Source: Candidatus Latescibacterota bacterium
GTDB taxonomy: Bacteria > Latescibacterota > UBA2968
Length of the DNA: 64,000 nucleotides
Assembly (NCBI GenBank): GCA_965207885.1
Contig: OZ242311.1
Span: 3,744,001-3,808,000, forward strand
Direction: 5' to 3'
The notes below the pieces were generated by a model. The model worked only from the letters and a program-made list of their open reading frames with translations. It ran no database searches and was not told where the DNA came from. Made by a program: the position numbers and the translations under genes. How positions within the stretch are numbered: the stretch's first letter is position 1; each line of letters opens with the position of its first letter. Of the stretch, positions 50,154-60,277 are shown in pieces.

Positions 50154-51305
50154 ATGGCACGGGATACACACAGGTGGCACGCACACTTTTACGATGGGCA
50201 AACTGCACAGCCCCATACCGTGCAGATAGAAGTTTTAGCGAATGGCCTTGAGATAATATTTTCAGACCGCCCATCTGAAATTTGGACTTACGGAAGTTTT
50301 CGTCAGACCGAGGGCTTTCACAGCGGAGAATTGATCCGGTTTGAAAAGAGCGATACCTTTGGGCAAGCACTGGTAATAGACGACGTGCAAATTCTGGAGG
50401 TCATTCGAGAACGCAACCCCATTTCGGGCTTTCACAATCCCAGGCTTCGCCGTTACCGGGTCCCTCTTGTCGGTTTTTCTCTCGTTTCTATTGTGTTTAT
50501 TATCTGGCTGCTCTACGGCCATATTCTGCCCGTATTCATCGACGGCATCGCACGCATTGCGCCCGTTGCCTGGGAAGAATCACTTGGCCGATCCGTTGTC
50601 GCGTATATCGCACCCAAAGAAGACCGCTGCCAGGATGAAATTTATACTGAAGTCTTTGATGAAATCGACGCGCGTTTGACCGCCCCGACAAACTTGCCCT
50701 ATACATTTCGCATTTACGTCGTTAAGAACGCCCAAGTAAATGCCTTCGCGCTTCCCGGCGGCTATATGGCAATTACAACCGGCTTTCTAAAGCGCGTAAA
50801 ATCCGCCGAGCAAATCGCCGGTGTAATCGCACACGAGATGCAACATGTCGTGCAAAGACACGGCACCCGGGCCGTCTTACGAGAAATGTCCACGCGCACA
50901 CTTATTGCAGCGATTTCCGGTGGTGGCGAAGGTTTGGACTACGTGCTTGACGGAGCCGCCCTGGTGGGTGCCCTGCGTTTTTCAAGAGACCACGAGTCTT
51001 CTGCTGATATCGAAGGCATGAAAATGATTCTTGATGCGAATATTGACCCAAAAGGAATGGTCGAAGCATTTGAAATCCTTCTCGAAATAATGGGAGATAT
51101 GCCAGATGGTCTGGTCTATGCTTCAACCCACCCCTTGACAAAAAATCGCATTCGTTCACTATCGCCCTATTTAGATTCCCTGAAAGTCGATCCCATTCCA
51201 ATCGTCTCCGACTCAACCTGGGCGCGTTTCGCGCAAGCAATTCGCGCAGGCCAGTGTAAGCGAGCGGATGAACAGAAGGCGCCCACAACGCAGAAAAGCG
51301 AGTGA
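50154..51305 (+). CDS. M48 family metallopeptidase (YjgN partner)
   Basis: FYDG N-terminal domain, NAFALPGG, AHEMQH, FSRDHE, STHP. Confidence 0.9.
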   Translation: MARDTHRWHAHFYDGQTAQPHTVQIEVLANGLEIIFSDRPSEIWTYGSFRQTEGFHSGELIRFEKSDTFGQALVIDDVQILEVIRERNPISGFHNPRLRRYRVPLVGFSLVSIVFIIWLLYGHILPVFIDGIARIAPVAWEESLGRSVVAYIAPKEDRCQDEIYTEVFDEIDARLTAPTNLPYTFRIYVVKNAQVNAFALPGGYMAITTGFLKRVKSAEQIAGVIAHEMQHVVQRHGTRAVLREMSTRTLIAAISGGGEGLDYVLDGAALVGALRFSRDHESSADIEGMKMILDANIDPKGMVEAFEILLEIMGDMPDGLVYASTHPLTKNRIRSLSPYLDSLKVDPIPIVSDSTWARFAQAIRAGQCKRADEQKAPTTQKSE

Positions 51306-51340
51306 TCGGCGCAGCACAACATAGCGCAAAGGAGCAAAAA

Positions 51341-52690
51341 ATGTCGAACTCCCGTCCGAATGTCCTCTGGCTTTTTCTCGAAGATGTGAACCCGTGGATG
51401 AGTTGTTATGGCGACCAGACCATACAAACGCCGAATATAGACGCGCTCGTCGCTTCGGGCATAAAATTTGATCGGGCGTATCAAACCTCTGGCGTATGCT
51501 CGCCTTCTCGCTCGGCAACAATTACCGGGATGTATCAAACCACCATAGGCGCGCACAACCACAACAGCTCATACCCCCTTTTACCCGAAGGGATAAAGAC
51601 AATACCCGAGTATTTTCGAGACGCCGGATATTACACATTTAACGAAGGCAAAACGCATTATAACTTTGTCTTTGAATTGGATGTTTTATTTAACCACCAT
51701 GGGAGCATGGATTTCAAAGGGGCAAAAAATGGCAGCGATTGGTCCGGATGTCCCCCTGGTCAACCGTTCTTCGGACAAATTCAGCTTCGGGGCGGCAAAA
51801 GCATCGGCCTGCTCAAAGGACCGGGCATCGATCCTGCCTCGGTACCCGTCCCATCGTTCTATCCCGACCACGAAATCATCCGCAGAGAAATTGCCCTGCA
51901 CTACGATTGTATCCTGCACACAGACCGGCAAGTGGGATGGATTTTGGAGCGATTAGAAGAAGATGGATTGCGCGAAAATACGATCATTTTTTTATTCAGC
52001 GACCACGGCATGCGGTTGCCGCGGCACAAGCAATTTATTTACGAAGGTGGTCACAAAATCCCATTGATAATTTCATGGCAGGGCAATACAGATATCGTAG
52101 CCCCTGGAAGTGTGCGCTCCGACCTCGTCAGCGGCATTGACATCGGTCCCACCTCTCTCGCGCTCGCTGGCCTCGGTGTGCCCGATTACATGGAAGGTCA
52201 AAATCTGTTTGGCGAACGCTTTGTCGAGCGCGACTACGTGATTGCGGCAAAAGACCGCTGCGATTTTACAATAGATCGCATGCGCACGGTGCGCACCCAG
52301 CGGTATCGCTATGTGCGGAACTTTATGACAGATCGCCCTTTTATGCAGGCGCAGTACCGCGATGGATCGGATTATATGGAACTGATACGTTCCATGCACG
52401 CCAACAACGAACTCACGCCCGAACAGGCATTTTTTTGGGCAGAGGAACGCATCGCAGAAGAATTTTACGATTGTGACGCCGATCCCGAAGAGGTGAACAA
52501 CCTCGTAGATGATCCAGACCATGCCGAAGCCTTGCAATACCACCGCGATATTCTGAAACAGTGGATTGCCCGGACCGATGACCAGGGTCAATATCCCGAA
52601 CCCGCAATCGGCTTGCGATGGGTGCTGAAACAGTGGGGAGATAAGTGTGTAAATCCGGAATATGATACAATAAAAAAGGAGACACAATGA
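51341..52690 (+). CDS. Sulfatase
   Basis: RPNVLW, CSPSR formylglycine motif, SDHG. Confidence 0.93.
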   Translation: MSNSRPNVLWLFLEDVNPWMSCYGDQTIQTPNIDALVASGIKFDRAYQTSGVCSPSRSATITGMYQTTIGAHNHNSSYPLLPEGIKTIPEYFRDAGYYTFNEGKTHYNFVFELDVLFNHHGSMDFKGAKNGSDWSGCPPGQPFFGQIQLRGGKSIGLLKGPGIDPASVPVPSFYPDHEIIRREIALHYDCILHTDRQVGWILERLEEDGLRENTIIFLFSDHGMRLPRHKQFIYEGGHKIPLIISWQGNTDIVAPGSVRSDLVSGIDIGPTSLALAGLGVPDYMEGQNLFGERFVERDYVIAAKDRCDFTIDRMRTVRTQRYRYVRNFMTDRPFMQAQYRDGSDYMELIRSMHANNELTPEQAFFWAEERIAEEFYDCDADPEEVNNLVDDPDHAEALQYHRDILKQWIARTDDQGQYPEPAIGLRWVLKQWGDKCVNPEYDTIKKETQ

Positions 52691-54390
52691 CCAGACCAAA
52701 TATTCTCGTGATCTTGACCGACGATCAGGGTTGGGGCGATTTGAGTGTACACGGCAATACAAATCTCAACACGCCCAATGTGGATTCTCTCGCACGAGAT
52801 GGCGCGCTATTCGACCGGTTTTACGTCTGCCCGGTATGCGCGCCCACGCGGGCAGAGTTTTTGACGGGACGCTATCATCTGCGCGGCGGTGTCCACGGCG
52901 TGAGTACTGGTGCCGAGCGACTAAACCTCGATGAGACCACCATTGCCGATGTGTTCAAAGCCGCCGGATACGCCACGGGTGCTTATGGCAAGTGGCACAA
53001 TGGCACGCAACATCCCTATCACCCCAATGCGCGGGGATTTGACGAGTTTTTTGGGTTCTGTTCCGGGCACTGGGGACAATATTTCGATGCCGAACTCGAA
53101 CACAATGGCGAACTCACGCGCGGAAAGGGATACTTACCCGATGAGTGTACAGACCGCGCGATGGATTTTATGGCGACAAATGTCGAACGCGATCAACCGT
53201 TCTTCTGTTATCTCCCCTACAATATCCCACACACGCCATTTCAGGTACCCGACGAGTTTTACGATCCATTCCGCGATAAACCGATTGAGATGCGGGCGAC
53301 CAATCCCGACCAGGAAGAAATAGTGCGCACGCGGGCGGCACTGGCTCTATGTGAAAATATCGATTGGAATGTGGGACGATTGCTGGACAAACTCGACGAA
53401 TTGGAAATCGCGGAAGACACTATTGTATTTTATTTTGGAGATAATGGGCCCAATGGCGCGCGATGGAATGGTGGGATGAAAGGCACAAAAGGATCAACAG
53501 ATGAAGGCGGCGTGCGCGTGGCGGGCTTGATGCGCTGGAAGGGGCATATTCAAGCGGGTACAGTAATTGAAGAAATCGCCGGGGCGATTGATCTATTGCC
53601 CACATTTGCAGACTTCGCGGATATCGACCTAAAAGTCGAAAAACCCCTGGATGGACGCAGTCTCAAACCCCTGCTATTGGGCGAAGATGTCGAATGGTCT
53701 GACCGCATCATCCTATCACATCAGCGGGCGCAATTGGGCGCGCGCAATCAGCGATTCCGATTGGACATAGAAGGCAAGTTATACGATATGGTCGCCGATG
53801 GTGGGCAGACAAAAGATGTGTCAAAAGAACACCCCGATGTCCACGCGGAACTGTCAGATACAGTAGCAAAATTTCACGCCGAAGTCTTGCCTGTAAACGA
53901 CGACCGCCCCTTTGCCACGGGCTACTGGGAAACGACTCGCTTGCCCGCCCGAGATGGGGTGCATCACGGTACAGTCCAGCGCAGTGCTGGCGCGCCCAAC
54001 TGTTCTTATTTCACGCACTGGACCCAGGTGGGCGATCGGATGACCTGGGATATTGAAGTCGGCACAACGGGCGACTATGAAGCGGCGGTTTATTATACAT
54101 GCCCGGAAGAAGATGTGGGATCAACCGTCGAGCTGGCATTTCACCCCGAGCACGACCAGACGACAAAAGTGCAAGGACAGGTAACCGACGCACACGACCC
54201 ACCACTCATCGGTGCAGCAGATGACCGCTATCCCCGCGGCGGTGAGTCCTATGTGAAGGATTTCGAGCCATTGACATTGGGCACAATCCACCTGAACGCG
54301 GGCAGAGGCACATTGACCTTGCGCGCCCTCGACGTACCCCACTCCCAGGTGATGGACGTGCGACGCGTGATGCTGACATTGAAGGAATAG
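52687..54390 (+). CDS. Arylsulfatase
   Basis: PNILVILTDDQG, CAPTRAEFLTGRY, GKWH, GDNG. Confidence 0.93.
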   Translation: MTRPNILVILTDDQGWGDLSVHGNTNLNTPNVDSLARDGALFDRFYVCPVCAPTRAEFLTGRYHLRGGVHGVSTGAERLNLDETTIADVFKAAGYATGAYGKWHNGTQHPYHPNARGFDEFFGFCSGHWGQYFDAELEHNGELTRGKGYLPDECTDRAMDFMATNVERDQPFFCYLPYNIPHTPFQVPDEFYDPFRDKPIEMRATNPDQEEIVRTRAALALCENIDWNVGRLLDKLDELEIAEDTIVFYFGDNGPNGARWNGGMKGTKGSTDEGGVRVAGLMRWKGHIQAGTVIEEIAGAIDLLPTFADFADIDLKVEKPLDGRSLKPLLLGEDVEWSDRIILSHQRAQLGARNQRFRLDIEGKLYDMVADGGQTKDVSKEHPDVHAELSDTVAKFHAEVLPVNDDRPFATGYWETTRLPARDGVHHGTVQRSAGAPNCSYFTHWTQVGDRMTWDIEVGTTGDYEAAVYYTCPEEDVGSTVELAFHPEHDQTTKVQGQVTDAHDPPLIGAADDRYPRGGESYVKDFEPLTLGTIHLNAGRGTLTLRALDVPHSQVMDVRRVMLTLKE

Positions 54391-54428
54391 CAAACGAGAT
54401 AGACACGATTAAAAACGGGACTTTACAA

Positions 54429-54459
54429 TTTACTCAATACATTGAGTAAAATTACTCAA
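54429..54459. promoter_or_regulatory. Overlapping palindromes, putative operator
   Basis: TTTACTCAAT-AC-ATTGAGTAAA and TTGAGTAA-AA-TTACTCAA. Confidence 0.55.
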
Positions 54460-54510
54460 GACTCTTGGAAGGCAACTTATCAGAGGCCACGTTAACAAGG
54501 AAATCCAAAA

Positions 54511-55386
54511 ATGATCACCCCAAATTGGAATATCCTTCCCAAAGAAACCATCCGGGAATTCGATGAAAAGGGCTGTTTAATTGTGCGGCGGGCACTCGAT
54601 CAAAAAACAGTCGCACACTTGCTTGAAACATGCGACCGACTCATCGGCAGTGACATAAAAACAAACCGACAAACGCGCGAGAATGGATATTACGATGGCT
54701 TTCGCAACTGCATCGCCTTAGACGACGCCTTTCTACCCCTTCTCACACATCCTACAATCTTCCCCATGGTCGTGCAATTCCTCGGCGCGTATCTTCACCT
54801 CACCACCTCACATCTGATTTACAAACACCCCGACCCGCCTAGCACGCCTGATTTTGCCCGAGCACCAAACTGGCATCGCGATTACGGTCGCCTCAATAGC
54901 GACCTCCAGCACGCGGCTCCCCGGGGCATGCTCAAATGCGCTTATTATCTCACGGATCTCACCGAATCCAATGCGGGCGCCACACTCGTCGTGCCCGGCA
55001 GTAATCTATTGAGAGACCCCCTCGACATTCCCCCCAACGGCGATCCAGAAGGCGCACTCGAACCGCATCTCGAACCCGGAGACTGTCTCATCTTTGAAAA
55101 CCGCACCTATCACGCCGGCGGAGTCAACCTATCCAGCGAAACCCGCAAAGTCATCATGTTCGGTTATGGCTACAGATGGCTCGCGCCCATAGATTACCGC
55201 GTCCAACCCCAATCGCTATTGGACAAACTCGATCCATTGGGCCAGTACCTCCTTGGCGAAACACTGGTCAAAACAGAAGAATATCAAACCAGCGGCGGTG
55301 AAACCCCGCTCAAACCCTGGTGTGAGCAAAACAACCTGCCCCTCGTCAGACCACCAGTCTGGCAAGAAGATCTGGCTCTTGCCTGA
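54511..55386 (+). CDS. Phytanoyl-CoA dioxygenase (PhyH) family protein
   Basis: WHRD, VVPGS, PGD, TYHAGG, RK. Confidence 0.88.
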   Translation: MITPNWNILPKETIREFDEKGCLIVRRALDQKTVAHLLETCDRLIGSDIKTNRQTRENGYYDGFRNCIALDDAFLPLLTHPTIFPMVVQFLGAYLHLTTSHLIYKHPDPPSTPDFARAPNWHRDYGRLNSDLQHAAPRGMLKCAYYLTDLTESNAGATLVVPGSNLLRDPLDIPPNGDPEGALEPHLEPGDCLIFENRTYHAGGVNLSSETRKVIMFGYGYRWLAPIDYRVQPQSLLDKLDPLGQYLLGETLVKTEEYQTSGGETPLKPWCEQNNLPLVRPPVWQEDLALA

Positions 55387-55417
55387 TTATCAATCAACAG
55401 AAAAAAGAGGGTTATTA

Positions 55418-56263
55418 ATGGCACTACTCAAAGGAAAAGTAGCGATCATCACGGGTGGCGCAAGCGGCATTGGTCGCGCAACTGCTCGCCTCTTTGTCGA
55501 AGAAGGCGCGCAAGTCGTCATCGCAGACATCCAGGACGATAAAGGCCAGACTGTCGCTGAAGAACTCGGTCACAACGCCATCTTCCAGCACACCAATGTG
55601 AGACGGGAACCCGATATCAGAGCAATGATTGGCCTCGCGGTCTCGCATTTTGGACACCTGGATTGCCTCTTTAACAACGCCGGATACGGCGGTGTAGCGG
55701 GACCTGTTGAAGAAACATCCATGCGGGGTTTTGACAAAACCGTAAGCATTCTCCTGCGCGGCGTCTTCATGGGCATCAAACACGCGGCTCCCGTGATGAA
55801 AAAACAGGGATCGGGCAGCATCATCAGCACGGGTTCTGTCGCGGGCCTTCGCACGGGCTATGCGCCGCATGTGTACAGCGCGTGTAAAGCCGCTGTCATA
55901 CACCTCACCCGAACAACGGCAATGGAATTGGGACCTCACAACATCCGCGTCAACTGTATATGTCCGGGCGGCATTGCCACCCCCATATTTGCCCCGGCGC
56001 TGGACCTCGCGCCCGAAGAATCTGACAAAGCCTATCAACTCATGAGCGAAAAACTCGCTGGCGGACAGCCTATCCATCGTGCGGGTCAGCCCGAAGACAT
56101 CGCACACGCAGCCCTCTATCTCGCCAGCGATCACGCCTCATTTGTCAACGGTCACGCCCTCGTCGTCGATGGCGGCCTCATCGGCGGCCAAAAATGGGAC
56201 AGATCCTGGATCGCCCGAGAGGGGCTTACGTCTGATGAGGACATACGTGAAGAAGGAGAATAA
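55418..56263 (+). CDS. SDR family oxidoreductase
   Basis: TGGASGIG, FNNAG, YSACK, VDGG. Confidence 0.92.
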   Translation: MALLKGKVAIITGGASGIGRATARLFVEEGAQVVIADIQDDKGQTVAEELGHNAIFQHTNVRREPDIRAMIGLAVSHFGHLDCLFNNAGYGGVAGPVEETSMRGFDKTVSILLRGVFMGIKHAAPVMKKQGSGSIISTGSVAGLRTGYAPHVYSACKAAVIHLTRTTAMELGPHNIRVNCICPGGIATPIFAPALDLAPEESDKAYQLMSEKLAGGQPIHRAGQPEDIAHAALYLASDHASFVNGHALVVDGGLIGGQKWDRSWIAREGLTSDEDIREEGE

Positions 56264-56264
56264 T

Positions 56265-57245
56265 ATGAACCGCGTCTTAATCTCATTGGCCCTCATGCTC
56301 TTCATCGCTTGTGGCAGTGAACAAACCGGACCGGCAAAAACGACTATTGCCGTCATACCCAAAGGCACAACCCACGAATTCTGGAAATCGATTCACGCAG
56401 GTGCTGTCAAAGCGCAGCGCGAGTTAGACATAGAAATAATATGGAAAGGTCCACTCAAAGAAGACGATCGCGAAGACCAGATTGCACTGGTCGAAAACTT
56501 CATCTCTCGCGGCGTTTCGGGCATTGTGCTCGCGCCCCTCGACGACACTGCCCTTCGCGTACCCGTCGCCAATGCCGTACACAGCGGCATCCCGGTCGTC
56601 ATTATCGACTCGGGGCTCCAAAGCGATGACTTCGTCTCCTTTGTCGCCACCGACAATTACCGCGGAGGACGCCTCGCAGGTGCCGACATGGCCCAACGCC
56701 TGAACGAAAAGGGCAAAGTCATCATGCTGCGTTACCAGGAAGGCTCTGCCAGTACAATGAAACGCGAACAGGGATTTCTCGACGCAATTGGCGAGCATTC
56801 AGACATCGAAATCGCCTCATCAAATCAACACGGCGGTGCCACCACTGAAAGCGCGTATCAGGCCAGCGAAAACTTGCTCGCCCCCTTGAAAGATGCAAAC
56901 GGCAAACTCACCATCCAGGGCATCTTCTGTCCCAACGAATCCACCACATTTGGCATGCTGCGCGCCCTGCAAGACGCGGGCCTTGCCAGCAGTGTCATAT
57001 TCATCGGCTTTGACAGTTCGGAAAAACTTGTCGAAGCCCTCAAAAACGATCAGATCCACGGACTTGTACTGCAAAATCCTTTTAGAATGGGCTACCTCGG
57101 CGTCAAAACCATAGTAGCACACCTCCAAAACCAACCCGTTGAAAAGCGCGTTGACACCGGCGTTGCCCTCGTCACCAAAGACAACATGAACGATCCAGAC
57201 ATCAAAGACGTATTAACGCCAGACCTGGATAAATGGCTTAAGTAA
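56265..57245 (+). CDS. Sugar ABC transporter substrate-binding lipoprotein (RbsB-like)
   Basis: Lipobox IAC, IPKGTTHEFW, ATDN, QNPFRMGY. Confidence 0.92.
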   Translation: MNRVLISLALMLFIACGSEQTGPAKTTIAVIPKGTTHEFWKSIHAGAVKAQRELDIEIIWKGPLKEDDREDQIALVENFISRGVSGIVLAPLDDTALRVPVANAVHSGIPVVIIDSGLQSDDFVSFVATDNYRGGRLAGADMAQRLNEKGKVIMLRYQEGSASTMKREQGFLDAIGEHSDIEIASSNQHGGATTESAYQASENLLAPLKDANGKLTIQGIFCPNESTTFGMLRALQDAGLASSVIFIGFDSSEKLVEALKNDQIHGLVLQNPFRMGYLGVKTIVAHLQNQPVEKRVDTGVALVTKDNMNDPDIKDVLTPDLDKWLK

Positions 57246-57258
57246 ATGGAGGAAATAG

Positions 57259-58773
57259 GTGAAAAAACTTTTTCGAATTGCGCTAATTATCACCGCCATC
57301 CCTTCAATTGCCCTATCGCAGACCTTACCCAACCTGACTGCGCTAAGCGAAACGATTAAGCCGCAAGTATCGTCAATTCGGTTACTCAACTTTATCCAGC
57401 CATTCACAATACGCTATCAGACAAACGCGGAAATCACCGCATTCATAAGCGATGAGTTCAATCAGACTGTACCGCAAACAATTCGTCAAAACTACGATCT
57501 ATTCATCCGCGCCATCGGGTTGTACCACGGAGGTATCCCCTTCGACTTCGAAGCTCTGATAAGAGCCTCACAGAGCCAAATAGGTGCCTATTACTATCCC
57601 GCAAACCGTTCTATCAACATCCCGATAGGATCAATTCCCATACAAGAGCTTCGAGTAATCGTAGTCCATGAACTTACGCATGTGCTACAGGACCAACACT
57701 TTGGACTCGACCGTTTACTCAGCACAACAAACAGCGACAAATTATTAGCCCATCAAGCTCTCGCCGAAGGCGATGCAACGCTGGTGGAATACCTCTGGTT
57801 TTTAGATCGCACTGGACAAGCGATGTCAGATGCCCAACTACAGCAATTCGTAAACACGGTTGCCAACACGACGGTTGGCGAAGTCAAGCGCAACCTCAAA
57901 GATGCAACAGCAGATCCACAGGTCGTCAAAGCGATTGACGAAACCCCCGATTTTATATTCGAACAACAACTTGGAATCTACTTTCGCGGAATGGCCTTTG
58001 TATTTGACCTGAAAAAACGCGGGGGATGGGCAACAGTAAATCGCGCGTACACCAATTTGCCAATGTCAATGGAACACATCCTTCACCCAGACAAATACTT
58101 CGCAGGAGAATCTCTCGAGGAGATCGCACTTCCTGATTTGGCAAATGAAACCTTCACAGGAAATTGGGAATTGCTGGACAGGGATACACTGGGCGAATTT
58201 GGACTCAGAATTATCTTCAATACCTTTGCTATCCCATCACACTCAGCGGCCGCAGGCTGGCATGGCGACCAGTATGTCGTCCTCAAACACCGCCAGGATA
58301 ATACACCCGCTCTCGTCCTGTTCACGACCTGGGATACGGAACGAGACGCGACGGAGTTCAAAACTGCCTACGAAGGCGTGCTCGCAATAAAACACCGTGG
58401 ATCTACAGACTTCAGGATTGAGCAGCAAGGGACAGACGTGTTAATCTCTGAATCGTCTCGGGATCTCGACCTGTTATTTGCTTACCTCGAAAAAGTTCGA
58501 TTCACCCCCACGGTCGCACTCGAAATTTTCGATTTTGACGGCGATTTCACGATCGGCTTCTCGGACTTCCTCATGTTCGCCGCCCATTTTGGCAAGAGCA
58601 GTTCGGATCCGGATTTTGACCCGCGATTTGACATCGATGCAGATGGTATGATCGGCTTCTCGGACTTTCTCGCATTCGCTTCTGCTTTTGGAAAACAAAT
58701 TACGCCCAACTCAAAACCCGCTGTCGTGATTGACCCGCACATTATCCACCGCACGCTGGGATTTATCCGATAG
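57259..58773 (+). CDS. Secreted putative zinc metallopeptidase with a C-terminal dockerin-like/EF-hand repeat
   Basis: HELTHVLQDQHF...EGDAT; two repeats, DFDGDFTIGFSDFLMFAAHFG and DIDADGMIGFSDFLAFASAFG. Confidence 0.75.
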   Translation: MKKLFRIALIITAIPSIALSQTLPNLTALSETIKPQVSSIRLLNFIQPFTIRYQTNAEITAFISDEFNQTVPQTIRQNYDLFIRAIGLYHGGIPFDFEALIRASQSQIGAYYYPANRSINIPIGSIPIQELRVIVVHELTHVLQDQHFGLDRLLSTTNSDKLLAHQALAEGDATLVEYLWFLDRTGQAMSDAQLQQFVNTVANTTVGEVKRNLKDATADPQVVKAIDETPDFIFEQQLGIYFRGMAFVFDLKKRGGWATVNRAYTNLPMSMEHILHPDKYFAGESLEEIALPDLANETFTGNWELLDRDTLGEFGLRIIFNTFAIPSHSAAAGWHGDQYVVLKHRQDNTPALVLFTTWDTERDATEFKTAYEGVLAIKHRGSTDFRIEQQGTDVLISESSRDLDLLFAYLEKVRFTPTVALEIFDFDGDFTIGFSDFLMFAAHFGKSSSDPDFDPRFDIDADGMIGFSDFLAFASAFGKQITPNSKPAVVIDPHIIHRTLGFIR

Positions 58774-58792
58774 GCGGTCAGGCATATCCTCT

Positions 58793-60277
58793 ATGTCCAT
58801 ATCCAAACATCCGCGCTTTGCCATGCGCGGCATTCGCAAAGTCTTTGGCGCGACCGTCGCGCTCGACAATGTCGATTTTGCCGTTTCAACTGGCGAAATC
58901 CACGCCCTCATCGGCGAAAATGGCGCGGGCAAAAGCACCCTGATGAAAGTGCTATCGGGAGCCTTGCAACCCGATGCCGGGGAAATGACCGTTGACGGAT
59001 CGCCCTTCGCACCTGCCAATCCCCTCCAGGCACGCCAGCAGGGCGTAGCCATGATCTATCAAGAACTCTCCCTCGCGCCCCATCTAACCGTTGTAGAAAA
59101 CGTCCTCCTCGGAATGGAAATCACGCGACGCGGGTTATTGCAAAAATCAGACATGCACGCCCTTGTCCAAAACGCGCTGACAGAACTCGACCATGCCGAT
59201 ATCGATCCCCACGCGCGCGTGAGCACCCTCACCATAGCCGAACGACAAATCGTAGAAATTGCACGCGCACTCTCTGTTCAATGCCGCGTCCTCGTCCTCG
59301 ACGAACCCACCAGCAGCCTCACGCGCGCAGATGCCGACCGTTTATTTCGCGTGATGCAACGCCTGAAAGCGCGAAATTTGGCAATCGTCTATATCTCGCA
59401 TTTCCTCGAAGAAATCAAAGAAATCGCCGATCAATTCACAGTTCTGCGAGACGGTAAAAAAGCTGGCAGCGGCCCGGCCGCCCAAACCCCCATATCCGAC
59501 ATCGTTCACCTCATGGTCGGCCGGCAAATCAACGATTTTTTTCCGCGCACCAAACGCACACCGGGCGAACCCCTCCTCGACCTCACAGGCGGCCCTCTCC
59601 CTCACAGCGCGTCCCTCGTCCTGCACCGCGGAGAAGTACTCGGCATTGGTGGACTCATCGGCGCGGGCCGCACAGAACTTTTGCGCGCCATCTTTGGCCT
59701 TGACCCCATCCGCAAAGGCAATATCACCTTCGCGCACAACACTGCCCGAGCAACGCCAGCACAGCGTCTTGCGCAGGGCATGGGATTGCTCAGCGAAGAC
59801 CGCAAAGAAGAGGGCCTCGCCCAATCGATGAGTCTGACCGATAACCTCACCCTGTCGCACTTGCCCAGAGGGATCATCTTTCCCAAAAAACTGCGCGCCA
59901 GTGCGCGCCAGTGGATATCTCGCCTCGGAATTCGCACATCGGGACCTGCACAATCCATTGCAGACCTCTCCGGCGGCAACCAGCAAAAAGTCGCGCTCGC
60001 CCGCCTGCTCTACCACGACGTAGATTGCCTCCTTCTGGACGAACCCACGCGCGGTATTGACATTGCCAGCAAAGCCGACATCTACTACCTGATTGACCAA
60101 CTCGCAACACAGGGCAAAGCCATTCTCCTCGTAAGCAGTTACCTCCCCGAACTCCTCGGGATATGCGATCGCATCGCCGTCATGTACCGCGGTCAACTCG
60201 GCCCAGCGCATCCTGTTGATCAGTGCAGCGAACACAGCCTCCTGCTCGAAGCGACCGGACAGGAGGTCGCACAGTGA
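58793..60277 (+). CDS. Sugar ABC transporter ATP-binding protein (RbsA-like)
   Basis: GENGAGKST, DEPT, EDRK, LSGGNQQK. Confidence 0.93.
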   Translation: MSISKHPRFAMRGIRKVFGATVALDNVDFAVSTGEIHALIGENGAGKSTLMKVLSGALQPDAGEMTVDGSPFAPANPLQARQQGVAMIYQELSLAPHLTVVENVLLGMEITRRGLLQKSDMHALVQNALTELDHADIDPHARVSTLTIAERQIVEIARALSVQCRVLVLDEPTSSLTRADADRLFRVMQRLKARNLAIVYISHFLEEIKEIADQFTVLRDGKKAGSGPAAQTPISDIVHLMVGRQINDFFPRTKRTPGEPLLDLTGGPLPHSASLVLHRGEVLGIGGLIGAGRTELLRAIFGLDPIRKGNITFAHNTARATPAQRLAQGMGLLSEDRKEEGLAQSMSLTDNLTLSHLPRGIIFPKKLRASARQWISRLGIRTSGPAQSIADLSGGNQQKVALARLLYHDVDCLLLDEPTRGIDIASKADIYYLIDQLATQGKAILLVSSYLPELLGICDRIAVMYRGQLGPAHPVDQCSEHSLLLEATGQEVAQ

